In this document: positions 26,691 through 38,308 of the stretch, piece by piece
How positions within the stretch are numbered: the first letter of the stretch is position 1
How the letters are laid out: the number at the start of each line of letters is the position of its first letter
Source: Octopus bimaculoides
Lineage: Eukaryota
Length of the DNA stretch: 64,000 nucleotides
Assembly (NCBI RefSeq): GCF_001194135.2
Contig: NC_068981.1
Span: forward strand, 92,268,662 to 92,332,661
Direction of reading: 5' to 3'
The notes under the pieces: generated by a model
Database searches by the model: none
Told to the model about the DNA's origin: nothing
What the model saw: the letters and a program-made list of their open reading frames with translations, nothing else
Made by a program: the position numbers and the translations under genes

Positions 26691-27546
26691 TCTTGCTACC
26701 GTTTACACAGAAAATAGCATGGAAAAATGTCGAAGAAAGAAAGGGCAACAGCATACTCCAGAAGCCCGTAACTGTTTCGTATATCACTTCCCACACGTGT
26801 ACGTACGTGTATATANNNNNNNNNNNNNNNNNNNNNNNNNNNNNNNNNNNNNNNNNNNNNNNNNNNNNNNNNNNNNNNNNNNNNNNNNNNNNNNNNNNNN
26901 NNNNNNNNNNNNNNNNNNNNNNNNNNNNNNNNNNNNNNNNNNNNNNNNNNNNNNNNNNNNNNNNNNNNNNNNNNNNNNNNNNNNNNNNNNNNNNNNNNNN
27001 NNNNNNNNNNNNNNNNNNNNNNNNNNNNNNNNNNNNNNNNNNNNNNNNNNNNNNNNNNNNNNNNNNNNNNNNNNNNNNNNNNNNNNNNNNNNNNNNNNNN
27101 NNNNNNNNNNNNNNNNNNNNNNNNNNNNNNNNNNNNNNNNNNNNNNNNNNNNNNNNNNNNNNNNNNNNNNNNNNNNNNNNNNNNNNNNNNNNNNNNNNNN
27201 NNNNNNNNNNNNNNNNNNNNNNNNNNNNNNNNNNNNNNNNNNNNNNNNNNNNNNNNNNNNNNNNNNNNNNNNNNNNNNNNNNNNNNNNNNNNNNNNNNNN
27301 NNNNNNNNNNNNNNNNNNNNNNNNNNNNNNNNNNNNNNNNNNNNNNNNNNNNNNNNNNNNNNNNNNNNNNNNNNNNNNNNNNNNNNNNNNNNNNNNNNNN
27401 NNNNNNNNNNNNNNNNNNNNNNNNNNNNNNNNNNNNNNNNNNNNNNNNNNNNNNNNNNNNNNNNNNNNNNNNNNNNNNNNNNNNNNNNNNTTTTTTCAAG
27501 CTGACTACTTGATAAATTCTTATAAAGATTTTATCCTATATATATA

Positions 27547-28822
27547 TATATGTAAAAATATAAAAACAAAAAGATAAAGAGAGCAAAGGTAAGGTTGGAG
27601 AAGTATTTTATGGATAGAGTCTTACAGCTGTTTCTGGGAAGATCCAGTCCTTCCCTTCATCATTCCAGTGGTAAATATCCGTGTAGAAATCCGTGCAAAG
27701 TAATTCTTGTGTGGATAATCCGGAAATTTATGTTGGAGCGAAAGTTGATATAGCATAGATAGCAGAGGTACATATATTCCATATTGCGATGGATTTTTGC
27801 TTGTTTACTTGAAGAATGGCCAAGTCAAGTGAAAAGTGAGCGGTAATTAGGTCAAGTCATGAAGACAGAATGTGAAAGGGGATAGAGGAGAGACTGAGGC
27901 TGAGGATGGTAGCGATATATTTATGGTCAGTTGAAGGAGGAATAGGGGGGTGAAGTTAAAAGGTCTAGTGAGTAGGAAGGAATGCGTGTGTGTAGTATAC
28001 AGGTGGTGGGGGTATGAGTGATAAACCAAGGACAGAGATAAAGGGAAAGGATGGGTGGGAAAGGTAGTTAGTAGTATCATATTTTATGATGCTGCCAAAC
28101 CTATTTATAGACGGTGGAAAGGGATTGAAAGAAGTGACGTAGTCTGTATGCGTAGGTGGAGTTCTTGTGAATTTGAGAATAGAAGAAATAGATTTGGTGG
28201 TATATGTGTGGTGAGATGATCGAAAGGAAATAATCCTATTCAAAAGATGGTGAAAGATGGATGTTTTTGCCAGGTTGAATAGGCTGCCTGTGGGGGGTTG
28301 TGTGATTATGTTGCGTGATCGTCTGTTCAATTTTGTTTGTGATAGAACCTCAATGTGTGAAAAGAGCGGTGGTTGCAGTTGCTAAACGCTTCGTTGTATC
28401 GATTAAGTAGAGTGGGAGAATTGTATTTTAAAATATGGAACGCCTCCGTTAGGCAAAGCTTGCAATTGGAGCAATATATGTACCTCTGCTATCTATGCTA
28501 TATCAACTTTCGCTCCAACATAAATTTCCGGATTATCCACACAAGGATTACTTTGCACGGATTTCTACACGGATATTTACCACTGGAATGAAACTACACT
28601 TCAAATACTGTTCTCTCTTTTTTCAGCACATCACACTCTTTACCATTTCATACTAAAAATATCCGCGTATGGATATAATAATAGATTACTTTATTTTTTC
28701 TGTCTCCGATCAAGGGAAGTACTGGATCTGCCCAGAAACAGTTGTAAGATTCTATCCATAAAATACTTCTCCAGCCTTACCTTTGCTCTCTTTATCTTTT
28801 TGTTTTTATATTTTTACATATA
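27547..28822 (-). mobile_element. Penelope-like element remnant with ~240-bp inverted arms
   Basis: Minus strand 28464-28369 reads CKLCLTEAFHILKYNSPTLLNRYNEAFSNCNH (PLE GIY-YIG C-terminal CxLCLxE..LLN..E..CxH motif). Segment 27547-27787 is the reverse complement of 28713-28822 plus 28460-28592. Both arms contain a decayed hammerhead. Confidence 0.75.
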
Positions 28823-29045
28823 CACACGCTAATACACGACTTATAATACCCAATCCTGTTCATTCAACGACTGGGGCAAACTAGTCGGTATACAGCACTT
28901 ACTCGGTATTACCTATATCCTCCTGGGTTTGATTAAATCCAATACCCTCCTCAACCTTATATATATATATATATAGATATATATATATATATATATAATA
29001 CATATATATATATATACATACACATATATATATATATATATACAT

Positions 29046-29134
<89 letters not shown>

Positions 29135-29139
29135 AAGTC

Positions 29140-29870
29140 ACTTGCGAGATATTTCATGAGTACTACTTGTAACTGTTGCATGGTCGTGTTGTCGGCGACT
29201 TAATCGGCACCTAGCAGGATTAAAGCCAAGACCTGTGAAAAGAATACAAGAAGCAAGTAAATCCTCCACGACGATCTAGTAATAGCAGTGTTATCAGGAA
29301 TTCCGGATTGGTGCTTGACGTTCTGGTAGACCACAGAGGGCGAGACACTCCTCAGCTTTTGCTATATGATGCGTCAAGAAAAATATCACTCCGATATCTA
29401 TCCGGATATGGAGACAATGGCATTGGGGATTTTAGGGATCTTTACTACAAATTGAGATCATGGTACTCCCGTATATCTGAATCTGCAATCCGTGTTGACA
29501 CTGGATATCTTTCCGTGGATTATCTCTGAAACACACCGATAGCGTAGAGAAGGTCTGTGATGTGTTTTGCAAGCCTCATTTAACGTAAAATATTAGTTTG
29601 CAGGATTGCCAGTGAGGTGACTTCTCAATAACCAATCGGGTCGGAGGGTGGCACGACTTGGATGGAAGCTGTAGGCGCGGGAATAGGTGAAGTCGACCGT
29701 AGGTATAATAAACTTGTGCGTGGATATAGATGATATTTCTACATAGGCCTCGTCCGTAGTGATGTTCCACGGTCACGAGTAGAGGGTTATCTTGTATGTA
29801 TATATGTGTATTATTTTCAGCAATTGTCAGTTGATATCTATCCTCCGGAATGAACATGTTTATCATACTT
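29140..29870 (-). mobile_element. probable Penelope-like GIY-YIG remnant
   Basis: YIYKIT..DEAYVEIS (GIY..YIG-like) followed by a Cys/His-containing stretch; many stops. Confidence 0.4.
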
Positions 29871-30655
29871 ATTTTTTATGTATTGAAGAAACATAGCTCC
29901 TTCAAGTGTGCCGAAACATAAATTAGTTTGATATCAGTATCTAAACTTAGCAAATAGGGACGAGGAGCGTAGGTGATCTCGACAGTTGCTGGAGCAGGCC
30001 ACCGTTGTAGAAGTCAAACTCAGTACATATGAAAACTGATTTTCGTTCTCGGCATTAGAAATTACCATCAAAAAACTTAAATCACCATTGTATTCTCGAT
30101 TAGTAAGTCAAATTATTTCTACACACTTGGAATACTATGAAAAAATATTTCAAACGTTTCTGAATAGCGTACGTTGTATTGAAACGATGAATTTTTTTCA
30201 TTACGAAATTTTTCGTTATTCTTTCATTATGAGGTTTTTTTCACGCTGACTACTTGATACATTCTTATAAAGAATTTATCCTATATTATATTATATTATA
30301 TATATATATATATATATATNNNNNNNNNNNNNNNNNNNNNNNNNNNNNNNNNNNNNNNNNNNNNNNNNNNNNNNNNNNNNNNNNNNNNNNNNNNNNNNNN
30401 NNNNNNNNNNNNNNNNNNNNNNNNNNNNNNNNNNNNNNNNNNNNNNNNNNNNNNNNNNNNNNNNNNNNNNNNNNNNNNNNNNNNNNNNNNNNNNNNNNNN
30501 NNNNNNNNNNNNNNNNNNNATATATATACATATATACACATATATACACACCCATACACGCACATACACACATATATATATACAAATATACATATATACA
30601 TACACACACGCACACACACACGCACACACACGCACACACACACGCACACACACAG

Positions 30656-30691
<36 letters not shown>

Positions 30692-30769
30692 GAATTAACT
30701 ACAGAGATATTTTATGTACCTAGTAGTCATTGTGATTCTAAATTGTGAAGGTCAACAACCTTCAGAAAC

Positions 30770-31485
30770 CAAATGTTCAATATTTCTAGAGTGCTTACAT
30801 GTTAACCCTTGGTCAATCAGAGAAAATGTATGTCACTAATTACCAATCTAACAGAAGAAAGAAATACGAAAGAGTGGAGATGGGTCTCCTAGACCTAGCT
30901 ACTCCCAAGTTACACTCGGCAACCCCTTTAAAAACAGAAGTGGTAATTCTACCCATATACCTTGGGAGAGGCGCTTTCAGGGTTATTGTAGAAGATACAC
31001 CACCAGAGATTGAGGTAGCATGGCAGGTAGCTGCCATACTACTAGGCAATGAAGGTAAGATAGTGGTCATCCAGGTCACAAGAACAGATCATAAGAATTG
31101 GCAAGGACACACCCAGGATATGATTATCCAAGTGTCTCCGGAAGATATCGAAAATATAGTAGAAACTATCGCTATAGAAGACGTGATAATCAGGGTTAGA
31201 GTGGAGGGCAGGACCCCGTGTTACTATTAGTGTCGTCAAGAAGGTCACATTAGAGCAGACTGTCCTCCACCGCCCCAAAACAATCCAAGAAAGACTCGTG
31301 TGCAGGGAGGGAATCGCACCACCAGCACCAACAAGAGAAGACTGAAGTACTATGGAAGAAGCAAACAAAGAAGGGACTGAGTGGAAAACGGTCGGAAAGA
31401 GAAAATGAAAAAGGAGCAAAAAGTACAACCTTTGAATGTAGACCCCCCATTCCGAGGCCACCCCACACCCCCTCATACCCACTAT
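30770..31485 (+). mobile_element. Tx1/L1-clade ORF1 remnant
   Basis: DIENIVETIAIEDVIIRVRVEGRTPCYY*CRQEGHIRADCP (CCHC knuckle), homologous to the ORF1 at 17538-17660. Confidence 0.75.
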
Positions 31486-31589
31486 GCCCNNNNNNNNNNN
31501 NNNNNNNNNNNNNNNNNNNNNNNNNNNNNNNNNNNNNNNNNNNNNNNNNNNNNNNNNNNNNNNNNNNNNNNNNNNNNNNNNNNNNNNNN

Positions 31590-31620
<31 letters not shown>

Positions 31621-31799
31621 TATAAATACATATATAAATTTATTTACATATATATACATTAATATATAAATAAATATATATATATGTTCACGTCTTTCTC
31701 GTCTTTACTTCATTTACTTTCTCGTCTTTACTTCGTCTTTACTACATATATAAATTTATCCGATTCCATGCCCTTATTATACTACTTTAAATAACTGTA

Positions 31800-32830
31800 G
31801 CAAGACTGATAAGGAGAGGGTAGAGGAATCATCAAACATCTTTCCATTGAAATCCCCAACACCAATGAAAGAAGAAAAATGAAGTAAAGACGAGAAAGAC
31901 GTGAACATTTTACCTGCAACATAAGTTTTGGGATGGGAAAGACCGTACAAACTGCCCGTTTGCTCACCCGAGACCTCGCCAAAACTGCAGGTGTCTTAAG
32001 GGTCAATTCGTCTTAGAGGAGAGGCAATTATCGTTTCAAAGAAAAAGTGTGCATGAATCAGTGCGCTCTTCAGATGTTATAGGTAAGGCAGCGACTGTGC
32101 AAGTGTCTTTTCTGAACATGGTACAAAAGATGGTGCAGTAGCTGATCTAGCTACATCAAGGGCAAACACGGACCCTTAACTTTCTACTGAGCAAGATCAC
32201 AACAATCAACGACACAGTCGTCCCGCCAATATTTTTGCTGAATTTTGGAAGCCTGTTCCATCACATCAAAAGCAAAATGTTTTCTCCGAGAGACCTTACT
32301 GCATGCAATCAAACCTTAATGCATAGAATTCATGGAAGAATACCGTAGGCCTGATATATGGGATGCGGGAGAACACGTACCAAAATATAGCATACTGCGA
32401 ACGAACAGAAAAGAAAGTAGCCATAGTGGAGTTGCTGTATACCTCCGTGAGGATCTCTCGCTCCAGGTCCTACTGTCATACTCAAATTCAGTATATGATA
32501 CTCAAGATATATACATAAATCAGCACATAGTTATAAGTAGTACATATCGCCCACCGGATGCTCCAAACCATGCGGTTAAGTTTGAAGATTACTTCACAGG
32601 AATAAAAGAAACCTCCATGAAACTGGAACATCACGTGGATGTGTTTCTTATGGGTGATTTCAACTTCCCCAGTGTCAAATGCCCCGAGGGCCTCATACTC
32701 TGAGGAATGACTCATTGCAAACAAGTACTGATGGCGTCCCTGCTCACCCTCACTTATGCCCTATTCATGGAGTAAATGGTGCTTCGACCAACCAGAACGA
32801 ATAACATATTGGATCTCTGCGTTACAAACA
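31800..32830 (+). mobile_element. CR1/Jockey-like LINE 5' remnant (ORF1 tail plus APE endonuclease)
   Basis: SILRTNRKESSHSGVAVY, TYRPP, FLMGDFNFP, ILDLCVTN; upstream NCPFAHP (CCCH-like). Confidence 0.8.
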
Positions 32831-33960
32831 ATAACAGGTTTGTAATTGGATGCTATTTGTGTGGGGTGAACTTAAATTTAGATTTATGAAAGAATTTATA
32901 AGTGCGGAAGAATTTGTGCTTACACGGGTGAAGACCTCGTTGTATTTATTAAGCAATTGGGGTGAGTTGTGGGTTAAAATTTTAGGGCTTATACAAACCC
33001 CTATCATCTTTAACACATACCCCTCTTTACCTCTTCTATCTATCCTATATCTCTATATCTCTTACTTATTCCTTATATATTAAATCTCTTCAATCTACCT
33101 TACCTCATAACTTTATGAGATTATTAATTCTTTAATTTATCCTAAATTTATTTTAAACCATAATCCAATAAATCCCCTAATATAAATCCCCTAATGTCTA
33201 AATCTGACTCCCACTCATAAATAATTTAACATTCAAATAGCTCCTCCATTCTCGGTTACCTACACACCCATAACTTGTTAGTTAAAAATAATTCTACAGT
33301 CACTGACCTTAGCCAAAACGGTCAAAAATATTTACTACTAGGTCTCCTCCCCAACACCTGTAGACTTTAAGACTACCACAAACACATACTGCCCTCTTAA
33401 AATTTCTTTCATTTCGCTCTATCTTTTTTACCCTATCTTCCTCTAACTCCTCATCCTCTCTCTTATCTTCTCGGGTAACCCGTACACAATTCTGATACAC
33501 CTTAATTTTTCCTAAAGTCAGTCCTTAAATTCCCTCCCCACCTCACTCTATCTATCTCTCTATTTATTTTCTATACTTTCCTTTTACCACTTACAAGCCA
33601 CCACCGCTACCATTCTGCTATTGCACGTCGATATTTTCGCGTCTTTTTCCTTTGGATGTTTACTATATCAGGATTTTAACCTGCATGGATCTACACAGAA
33701 TTGCAACTAAGGACTTCTGCTCTTGTTTCTACAACAACGGTAAGTTGAACTATGAACTTTATGCGCCTTTTTCTCTTTTTTTCTTTTTTCTCTCCATCTC
33801 CTTATTCTTTTACTCCCTCTCTCTGTCGTCATCTCATTAATATATACCATTCTCATTTTCCCTATTTTTCCTTATTTGTCTCTGATGACGGAATATCCCA
33901 TACTCAGGGATATCCTATAAACAGCTGCAAGACTTTGAATTTTTCCAATAATAATATGGT
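32830..33960 (-). mobile_element. Penelope-like element remnant with inverted terminal hammerhead
   Basis: ILTHNSPQLLNKYNEVFT is homologous to ILKYNSPTLLNRYNEAFS at ~28400; decayed hammerhead on the opposite strand at 33878-33933. Confidence 0.6.
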
Positions 33961-34014
33961 ATACGACTTGAGATGTTTGCCTTGACTTAATGCCTGTTGT
34001 CCTCTTTAACAGTT

Positions 34015-34139
34015 ATATATGTATGTATATATATATATGTATACACACATACATATATATACGCATACATATATATATGTATACACACATATATAGATAC
34101 ATATATATATACAAACACATACACATACACACACACACT

Positions 34140-34222
<83 letters not shown>

Positions 34223-34265
34223 GCATACATACCCATACATACATATATACATGCATACATATATC
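34015..34265. repeat. compound TA/CA/TACA microsatellite
   Basis: Direct reading. Confidence 0.9.
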
Positions 34266-34389
34266 AGTTTGACCAAGGTCTTAAGGCTTTTTTAAAAAAG
34301 AAAATACTGAAGAAATTTTCTATGGCTCTAGTCCACTTAGCAGGCAGTTTAGATATTCAATCGACATATATGTAAGAGTAGTTGTATGT

Positions 34390-34620
34390 TTGTGTGTGCA
34401 CATCTTATTCAGCACAGCATCTTAACCACTTCTGATCCTTTGTTACATCTTTCACAAGGCTCAACTTGTTCACCACTTCTGACTCTGGCTTCCTTAGCCT
34501 TCCTTTCCCTCCGGTTCCTTCCATTTGAATCACATGGCACTTCTTTACCAAACTGACATCTTCTATATACATCTCCAATCTCTGCAAGCTCAATCTTCTC
34601 TCTTACCATACCACACCTAA
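34390..34620 (-). mobile_element. RTE-clade LINE 3' fragment
   Basis: VKKCHVIQMEGTGGKGRLRKPESEVV..VTKDQKWLR matches the RTE C-terminal pattern VKKC..VEG..GRGRPRKTW..D+.W. Confidence 0.7.
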
Positions 34621-34760
34621 TTCTAGTTATATCAAATTCTCTCTCTCAGCTCATTTGTGCTCCTTCATTCATGCACTCTAGCATTATACACCTATATTAT
34701 AATTTATCAAGAATAATGAAATTTGGAAGTGGTGGTGGTTTGTCACACACTGCATATATG

Positions 34761-34810
<50 letters not shown>

Positions 34811-35009
34811 NNNNNNNNNNNNNNNNNNNNNNNNNNNNNNNNNNNNNNNNNNNNNNNNNNNNATCCATGTGTGTGTATGTATATGTGTGTATGTATATGT
34901 GTGTGTGTGCGTATATATATATAGACGTTTTTAAAATCATAATTTGGGCTCCTGTAGAGATTATATTTAGATCTATGAAAAATAACTTTGAAAACTATTT
35001 GAAAAACCA

Positions 35010-35755
35010 GCTCTAGTTCCATTGTTTTGCTTGTGTAAGGATGCAGTAATATAAGTCGGTTTCAATATCATTTAAATCGTAAAATGATATTCTTTTTGAA
35101 CAGTTCTGCAGAGAGAAAAACAAATCATAGTCACATGGTGCAATGTCAGGTGAGTATGTTGGATGAGACAAGAGATTCCACCCACGTTCAGGCAACTTTC
35201 TGCAGGTAACCAAATACACATACGGTTAGGCATTGTCCTGGTGTAGCACAACTCATGCTGGAGAGCGCAGGCCTCAATTCGTTTATTTTCCTATTCATAT
35301 TTGCTAGCTGATGGCAGTACTCATAAGTATTGACGTTATGATTCTGTGGGAGAAGCTCAATAAATAATACCTTTAAAATACCACCCGACACAAATGATGA
35401 GTATTTTTTTTTTATATTCTACTTTAGAAGCTATTTTGTAGTATTCTCACGGCTACCGCCGAATCTTTTTCTCGCTATATTACGGTAAGCATTTCACTTT
35501 TCATCTTCAAGTACCAGTTGTTTCAAATAAATCTTATTTTCATTGTGTTTCAGAAGCATATCTCAGATAGAATACCAGTCCATGCAGTTTTGTACTGACA
35601 GTTTGTGAGGCACCCAAATGCCATAACGGGAAACATACCCAATGTTCACAAAGTGTCCGTGAACATTACTTTTGGAAAAATTCTAAATTCTCTGCAAGTT
35701 CTCTGGTGTGTTAACCGAGTTTTCTTCAATGCTTACATTCAAATATCGTCATCTA

Positions 35756-35757
<2 letters not shown>
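35010..35757 (-). mobile_element. mariner (DD34D) transposase pseudogene
   Basis: IGYVSRYGIWVPHKL (WVPHEL motif, ~35600-35640), FIELLPQNHNVN..YCHQL..RPAL, HPTYSPDIAPCDYDLFFSLQN (YSPDLAP motif). Confidence 0.85.
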
Positions 35758-35834
<77 letters not shown>

Positions 35835-35846
35835 CACACATGTATG

Positions 35847-35878
<32 letters not shown>

Positions 35879-35910
35879 CAGAGATAGAGAGAGAAAGAGA
35901 AAGAGAGAGT
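35757..35910. repeat. (TA)n-(GA)n compound microsatellite
   Basis: Direct reading. Confidence 0.95.
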
Positions 35911-36309
35911 GATAAAATAACAAAGTCTGCTTTAAGCAATGTAAAACTAAATAGGAAATATTCAATTGTCACTAATTGTGACTGACGTTGCAGGGGAGCA
36001 CCTACATTGTTAGAATTAAAAATCGAAAGCATTTCCTGCCTGAAAGAAGCACATGTCAATGCAGTGATAGGAGAGATAAGCATCCCACAGCGAGCGAGAT
36101 CATTGTACTAGTCTAGTTTCGGTTTGTAGCAAAAGCTCATTAGTGATGACTACTCCGTTGCTGTATAATTAGGCGAAATGCTAACAGTCACTATATAGTA
36201 TTTACCATATGAATAAGTGTATTATATATATATGGGAGAATTTACGAAAAAAACAACAGACGAAGACAGGTGGTGTAAACAATTTAACGCTCGATATATA
36301 TACATACAT

Positions 36310-36346
<37 letters not shown>

Positions 36347-37376
36347 AACAAAGAGTACACTAAATGAGATGAGTACGTTTTCCTTTATAGTCGATGACTT
36401 CGCCATAATAAGCATATCCATCACATCCAGCATTCGTTTATGTACGAAAGAATCAATCCTGATAATACTGTTTCAGTCTTCACAAAGTTTGGATTAGCTG
36501 ATATCCTTAAACTGTTTGCTGTATTAGGCTTCATCTTTGCTTTTAGATCTTAAGCAATGAGGGACTCCTCATCTACTGTTTGAGAAGACAATCCAATTCA
36601 TAATATATCGCACATATATCCATATATTTTAGGTAAGTATGTGTGTGGCGTGAACGTACTTATCCAACTCTATTTCTCGTCGTCTTATATATGGATATTC
36701 TTCTGAGAAGCAATGGGTTATTTCCCCGTTGTTTATCACATGTTGTTTGGCATAATATAGAATTTTACGCTGGTCTCATCTAAACAACTACATCATTCAG
36801 ATTAGGGCATACAGGTGTTTAGATAGGTAACGCGTGTATCGTTTGAAAATGCTTAACTATGTCAATATATACGATCGGCACTGAAGTTCATTAACTTACA
36901 GCTTTTGTAAAGCTTATTACCAAATAAGCTATATGAATTTGCTAATGGTATTTGAAGTGTGACTAAACCCATTAATTCTTTAGTAAAGGGAAATATAATG
37001 CATTTTGATGTACCTTAACCTTCTTTCTTTTAACAGGCATAATATTTATATGCTTAGAACTTTATTTCCGAAATAAATTTTTTCTCATAAAGGAAATGAA
37101 ATAATTTAAACTAGGAGTCGAAACCGTGACAAATATGCCGTTTAATTTGTACATAAATGTATCGCTCCTGAGTCGTTACATATTGTCAACGTGTATTAGT
37201 TTTTGTGTTACTAGAATTGTTATTGGACAATTCTATTATTTCATATTTATTTCACATTTTGACAAACGATCAATTATATTATTTCATATACAAATATTTC
37301 GAATGTTCAATTATTTAAATTGGAAAATTTATATAATCATGCATCTGTCTATTAAATAGCGTATAGAAATTGATTT

Positions 37377-38222
37377 ATGGTTCGAAGGAAAAGGTTTCCC
37401 CCCAACATATTTCACGCTATGAGTATATTTGCTTTCGTCCTTTTCGTTCAGTATTTACTTGTGGGGTGTAACTTTTTGAAAATATTTCCAGAACTAAATA
37501 CCTCCAAAATAGGTGTTTATGGGAGACAACTTAAAATACTTTCCTCGGGGAAAAATCAATCGACAGTTGGAGACTTAAATTATAGAGGACCTCAGCATCG
37601 CGATGTTCATATTAATCTGAAGCAGAATTGCTTGAAGAGATGCATGTTTGCCGATTTAAGACACACACATTTGACATGTATTTCTAAAAGATGTATCCTC
37701 TGCATACTGGTTAGCAGTACGCCAGCGTATACTTCCTTTGTCACTCCACAGAAATTAAAAAAGGGGACTCCCGTAAATAATTCTAACCATCGATATAAAA
37801 GTAATCAGAATTCACTACGAAGATTCGAGCAGAAATTTGCTATGGCAAAATATGTAGCGGAATATAAATTGAAACGAGAGACCAAGATTTTAAAGCGATC
37901 AGTCCTGAATACACAGATGGTGAAAAATTATCCAGTTATTGAATACGTTTCTGCGAATGCTCCCTTAATGCGTATGCAGACAACTTTAACATCGGGAAAT
38001 GAAAGCACTGCAACAACTAGAGATTATCCAATATCTTCCAGGGTTGCTCCATCATCTAAACCTCCCGACCTCCCAGCTACCATTGCGGTATCTATAGGAC
38101 TGTTCGTATTTGGTGCTTGTATTGTGTGCTTGTATATTTGTATTAAATATAGAGGGAATCCTGATGAACAACGCACAGATGATATTCAGCTAGTCCGTCT
38201 GAATAGTCTTCCAAATGACTGA
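37377..38222 (+). CDS. intronless type I membrane protein, 281 aa (267 aa from Met15 at 37419), unknown family (paralog 2)
   Basis: Uninterrupted 281-codon ORF in AT-rich DNA: signal peptide MSIFAFVLFVQYLLVG, Cys/basic insert, ILKR|SVLN, T/S/P stalk, TM IAVSIGLFVFGACIVCLYICI, tail KYRGNP..RTDDIQL. Homologous to 12876-13361. Confidence 0.8.
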   Translation: MVRRKRFPPNIFHAMSIFAFVLFVQYLLVGCNFLKIFPELNTSKIGVYGRQLKILSSGKNQSTVGDLNYRGPQHRDVHINLKQNCLKRCMFADLRHTHLTCISKRCILCILVSSTPAYTSFVTPQKLKKGTPVNNSNHRYKSNQNSLRRFEQKFAMAKYVAEYKLKRETKILKRSVLNTQMVKNYPVIEYVSANAPLMRMQTTLTSGNESTATTRDYPISSRVAPSSKPPDLPATIAVSIGLFVFGACIVCLYICIKYRGNPDEQRTDDIQLVRLNSLPND

Positions 38223-38268
38223 AAGTTTTTTACCTCCCTGACATTCTTTCTCTCTCTCTCTCTCTCTG

Positions 38269-38308
<40 letters not shown>

